NCBI GenBank assembly: GCA_963675755.2
Contig: CAXXMD010000002.1
Location: 2,272,001-2,336,000, forward strand
Length of the DNA: 64,000 bases
DNA from: a bacterium
Lineage (GTDB): Bacteria > Zhuqueibacterota > Zhuqueibacteria > Residuimicrobiales > Krinioviventaceae
Reading direction: 5' to 3'
How positions within the stretch are numbered: position 1 is the first letter of the stretch; the number at the start of each line of letters is the position of its first letter. Shown piece by piece: positions 60,617-64,000 of this stretch. The translations under genes were made by a program, and so were the position numbers. The notes beneath the pieces were generated by a model, which was not told where the DNA came from, did not search any database, and was given only the letters and a program-made list of their open reading frames with translations.

Positions 60617-60648
60617 CGCGATGCAGATTCCTGCATCGCGTAATATTA
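60617..60648. repeat. Repeat family B, copy 3
   Basis: CGCGATGCAG-ATTC-CTGCATCGCG-TAATATTA between convergent araC and higA. Confidence 0.85.
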
Positions 60649-60954
60649 AACAGCTCTTTTATACACCCGTACATGGTCTTCTATCTCTTTTTCGGATTTA
60701 TCCCGGGCAACATCCAGATCATAATCCATTTGCAACCCCAACCAGAATTGTGGTGTCATGTTGAAATATTTTGCAAGCCTCAATGCCGTGTCAGGCGTAA
60801 TACTGCGTTTCCTCAATACAATTTCATTTATTCTTCGCGGCGGTACATGTATATCCAATGCAAGCCGATTCTGGCTTAATCCCATAGGCTTTAAAAATTC
60901 TTCCATCAATATTTCACCGGGGTGCACCGCCGGTATTTTATTCTGTTCCTTCAT
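60646..60954 (-). CDS. higA: HigA-family antitoxin
   Basis: HPGEIL.EEFL.PMGLSQ..LA, RINEI...KR.IT.DTALRL, FWLGLQ..YDL. Confidence 0.95.
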   Translation of the reverse strand: MKEQNKIPAVHPGEILMEEFLKPMGLSQNRLALDIHVPPRRINEIVLRKRSITPDTALRLAKYFNMTPQFWLGLQMDYDLDVARDKSEKEIEDHVRVYKRAV

Positions 60955-60991
60955 ACTAAACCTCAATGATAATCAACAAACATATCTTTGG

Positions 60992-62023
60992 TCAAAGTGA
61001 AATTTCATTTCTTTTTTTTATAATTGAATCAATCCATTTTGGAATATCTTTGATATCTGGATTAATATGGAAATGAATTTTATTAATTAATTTAATCAAA
61101 AGATCAACTGTCAAAAAAGCAGTATCAAAATCAATTTTATAGAAAAGAAGTAATTTATCATAACCGCCGAATTTTTCAGGTGCAGAAAAAGGAGAAGGGT
61201 GCACTAGAGAATCTCTATATGGTTTCACAATATCAATAAATCCAACAATTTCTCCATCATTTTCTTCCCAAAGAGTACGTTTACTTATTATCTCAGGATA
61301 TTTTTTCAATTTATCCCTGATTGATACAGATGTAGAATCAGTTAAACATTTATATTGCCGATTCGATAAATCTTCTTGACCGAATTTATAAATATAATCC
61401 CAAGCTAAACCGTTAAGATATGCTTCTAATAAATTAAAGCAAGATAAAATTAACATTCTAATAGTAAAAAATTTCATTCTTAAAAAAGAAGTTATTTCTT
61501 CTCTTTTTTGGAGCAACTCCTTATGTGATAATTTTTCATACTTTTTCAGTTCAATTTGTGAGTTTGTGGCTAATCCCATTGCTTCAATAATATCTTTTGA
61601 TAATTCATTTTCAGGGAATTTGAATTGAAGTCCCCAAAGTGAAATACTAACTGTTAAATGCAAGGGAAAACCAATAAGTATTTGGGGATGTATTGGTGCA
61701 TACTTTTTTTCAAAATCAGATAATGATATTTCAAGCCCCCTATACTTTTTAATCTCTTCATATAAATTTGAAAGAATATCTACATTCATATTTAAAAAAT
61801 TCTGTTTACAAAATCTATCAAGTTCGGTAGACAATCTTTTCTTTACATCATTATATGCAGATTTTAAAAATCGTCGAGGTAAATTTTCAAGATCATCTTG
61901 ATCCGCTTTTAAAAATTCGTTCCAATCATTAAGTTCCTTAAGCATGAGCTTTCCAACTGCAGCTGCACGATTATATTTACGAATTTTCTGAACTTCACGA
62001 TTACGTCCTTGTGCAATTTGCAT
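60992..62023 (-). CDS. AT-rich hypothetical protein, putative HEPN-domain RNase
   Basis: Helical; FNLLEAYLN (E helix) and RDSLVH (RxxxxH, 61199-61216). Confidence 0.55.
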   Translation of the reverse strand: MQIAQGRNREVQKIRKYNRAAAVGKLMLKELNDWNEFLKADQDDLENLPRRFLKSAYNDVKKRLSTELDRFCKQNFLNMNVDILSNLYEEIKKYRGLEISLSDFEKKYAPIHPQILIGFPLHLTVSISLWGLQFKFPENELSKDIIEAMGLATNSQIELKKYEKLSHKELLQKREEITSFLRMKFFTIRMLILSCFNLLEAYLNGLAWDYIYKFGQEDLSNRQYKCLTDSTSVSIRDKLKKYPEIISKRTLWEENDGEIVGFIDIVKPYRDSLVHPSPFSAPEKFGGYDKLLLFYKIDFDTAFLTVDLLIKLINKIHFHINPDIKDIPKWIDSIIKKRNEISL

Positions 62024-62086
62024 ATTTTACTCTTATTGATTATCTCCCTTCGATCCAAATAAAATTTGAGCCGGATTAAATAATTT

Positions 62087-62184
62087 AACCACCTGCTACG
62101 CCAGATGAACTCAGATAAAAACTGATATTAAAACATCGGTAACATCTTTTTTTCATCTGCGTTTATCCGCGTTTATCTGTGGTT
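62087..62184. repeat. Inverted pair of decamer tandem repeats (MITE-like)
   Basis: Left AACCAC..CAGATGAACTCAGATAAAAACTGAT; right reverse complement AACCACAGATAAACGCGGATAAACGCAGAT. Confidence 0.6.
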
Positions 62185-62188
62185 CATG

Positions 62189-63487
62189 TTACTGCAAATG
62201 CATCTTTATAAATTTAAACATCACATCCCAGTCACCGGGGCCGGGACCATGGCCGCCGTCGTGCATGTAATAGCCGATATCATGCAAAATCGGTTCACCT
62301 GCTGGCGGAAATGCGGTTGTGCCCAATCCCTTTTTCCCCAGCAGCTCATAAACCGGCTCTGCGGCAACCGCCGCCAGAAATTCGCCATAAGGATCAGACC
62401 ATTTATCCGTATTGCCCGTAATTAAAAGCACGGGACGCGGAGCGATCAACGCCACCAGCATGTGTGCATCCACCGGAGATTCATTCACGTTGTTTCCCCA
62501 TTTCTGATAATTCACAGCAAATTGATAGGGAAACCGGCTTGCTTCGGTCAGGTGTGCAACGGTTTCGCCAAAATCTCTACGACTCAAAGCAGCTCCGCCC
62601 TCACCCGAGCAGCTTGCAATAACCATAGCAACGCGGGGATCTCTGCCGCCTTCCCACATCACTGTTTTGCCCAGACGAGAGATACCGTAAATCGCGATTT
62701 TTTTCGCGTCAACTGCATCGTCTGTATCGAAATAATCTATGGCACGACTAATACCCCAGCCCCACGCCGAGATTGAACCCCACTCGTCCGCAGCACGTTC
62801 GGCTTGCCCAGGCTTTAGATACAGTTTGCGCACACCAAAATCAAATCCGCCATTAAAATCAGGGTCCACATCTCCGTAATAAAAAGTAGCAATACCGATA
62901 CCCTGCTCAACAACCCGCACCACATCCAGTTTTCCAAAGGGGCGTCCCTGACTGGCAGGGATCAGTTCATGCTCCCGGTTCCAGATCATTCCGGGTCTTA
63001 CCGCATCATCATCAATAAATAGTTCGTTGGCAGAAAAAGAGATATTTAACAGCAAAGGTACAGGACCTTTGGCATCCGGAGGTAAATAAATTACCAGGTC
63101 CATTTTGGGTCGGGATTTACCTTTTGTAAAATGTATGGTCACCTGGGTGCGCAATGCTTTGCCATCGAACGCGGACACACCTTTTTCATGAACTTCAAAA
63201 CTGATATCCCGGGGCTCGGGACAACGGCCAAACTGGTTTTCCTCAACCAGCTTTACAATCTCTGCACGTCTTTGATTCATCCAGACATCGGCGCTTTTAA
63301 CTGCTTTGCCGTTTTCGAGTTCCAACAACGCGGGTAACGTATATTCACCCACATTGGCTTCGGTATAATTCGCTGGAATGCCGGCAACCGTATCCGGAGG
63401 AAAATCTGCAATCTGAGCAACAAGCGGAGCAATCCATAACAATACTGCTGATAAAACAAAAATTTGAATCGCGTTTTTTACTGACAT
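62189..63487 (-). CDS. CE15 glucuronoyl esterase-like carbohydrate esterase
   Basis: Signal peptide; W..ISAWGWG.SRAIDY, GISRLGK nucleophile, SGEGGAALSRR, LIAPRP, GGH. Confidence 0.9.
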   Translation of the reverse strand: MSVKNAIQIFVLSAVLLWIAPLVAQIADFPPDTVAGIPANYTEANVGEYTLPALLELENGKAVKSADVWMNQRRAEIVKLVEENQFGRCPEPRDISFEVHEKGVSAFDGKALRTQVTIHFTKGKSRPKMDLVIYLPPDAKGPVPLLLNISFSANELFIDDDAVRPGMIWNREHELIPASQGRPFGKLDVVRVVEQGIGIATFYYGDVDPDFNGGFDFGVRKLYLKPGQAERAADEWGSISAWGWGISRAIDYFDTDDAVDAKKIAIYGISRLGKTVMWEGGRDPRVAMVIASCSGEGGAALSRRDFGETVAHLTEASRFPYQFAVNYQKWGNNVNESPVDAHMLVALIAPRPVLLITGNTDKWSDPYGEFLAAVAAEPVYELLGKKGLGTTAFPPAGEPILHDIGYYMHDGGHGPGPGDWDVMFKFIKMHLQ

Positions 63488-63496
63488 GATACACCT

Positions 63497-64000
63497 CTAA
63501 TTTTCAATACAATCTATAGTTACAGGTCCCAGTAATCCTGAAACCTCCAATGGCGGGGGTCTAAAGAAACGGATTTGATCACTGCCTGGCAATACATTGA
63601 CATCAACATCAGATTTGTGGTCACCCAGAATACGATTGGTCCACTCGTTGGTAACCTCGATAGTAATCTCATTTTCTCCGGATACAACAAAATCCGTTAT
63701 ATCTACACGGTAAGGGATTTTCCACAAAATATCGGTCTTTTTTTCATTAATCGTAACGCAGGCAACATCCCTCACCTCTCCCAAGTCCAGAAACAATCTG
63801 CCGGCTTTTATCATATCTTTTGAGAGTTGAAACGATTTATGATATACTGCCGTGCCGGAGAAATACCGGATGCCATCCACATTATTTTCAGTCCAGGATT
63901 TCAAGCTGTCAACTAGTATGGATTCAGGTGCACCCATTTTGGGTGGAAATGTAATTTTCCAGGGGCCCTGGAGGGCTAAATGTCTGGTAAACTTTTTCTC
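63497..64000 (-). CDS. C-terminal sugar-binding domain of a GH106/GH2-like glycoside hydrolase (5' part outside window)
   Basis: W.ITF, YFSGTA.Y, LDLG.V, GEN.I.IEVTN.W.NRI.GD, SGLLGPV. Confidence 0.8.
   Translation of the reverse strand, partial: EKKFTRHLALQGPWKITFPPKMGAPESILVDSLKSWTENNVDGIRYFSGTAVYHKSFQLSKDMIKAGRLFLDLGEVRDVACVTINEKKTDILWKIPYRVDITDFVVSGENEITIEVTNEWTNRILGDHKSDVDVNVLPGSDQIRFFRPPPLEVSGLLGPVTIDCIEN

Overview
Chromosomal window (~40% GC by eye) from a Gram-negative, probably anaerobic, polysaccharide/sugar-acid-fermenting bacterium. Lineage cannot be fixed from sequence alone. It holds a DUF4390/HAMP histidine kinase/response regulator block, a Rex-headed hfs-type [FeFe]-hydrogenase operon (PAS sensory hydrogenase, PP2C phosphatase, two [2Fe-2S] proteins, catalytic hydrogenase) with a clear Rex box, a RelA/SpoT-TPR fusion, pepO, and an intact IS1182 inserted into a REP-like palindrome. 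It also holds two gnd paralogues, a LacI/TRAP sugar-acid cluster (SDR, gnd, LarA-family enzyme, PPi-PFK-family kinase, HAD), a frameshifted NCS2 permease, several CAZymes, an orphan CheW-fusion sensor, umuDC and an AraC/URO-D/Nramp trio. No rRNA, tRNA or CRISPR array was seen. Best leads: (1) an AT-rich five-gene envelope module (small secreted hairpin protein, LolA-like, signal-peptide YidD, two TPR-TM2 proteins); (2) a putative HEPN (RxxxxH) nuclease gene sitting where higB used to be, directly upstream of higA; (3) a probable mannonate-to-gluconate route lacking a canonical gluconokinase; (4) a dispersed structured repeat family with clear base-pair covariation. All family assignments are motif recognition by eye, not database searches.
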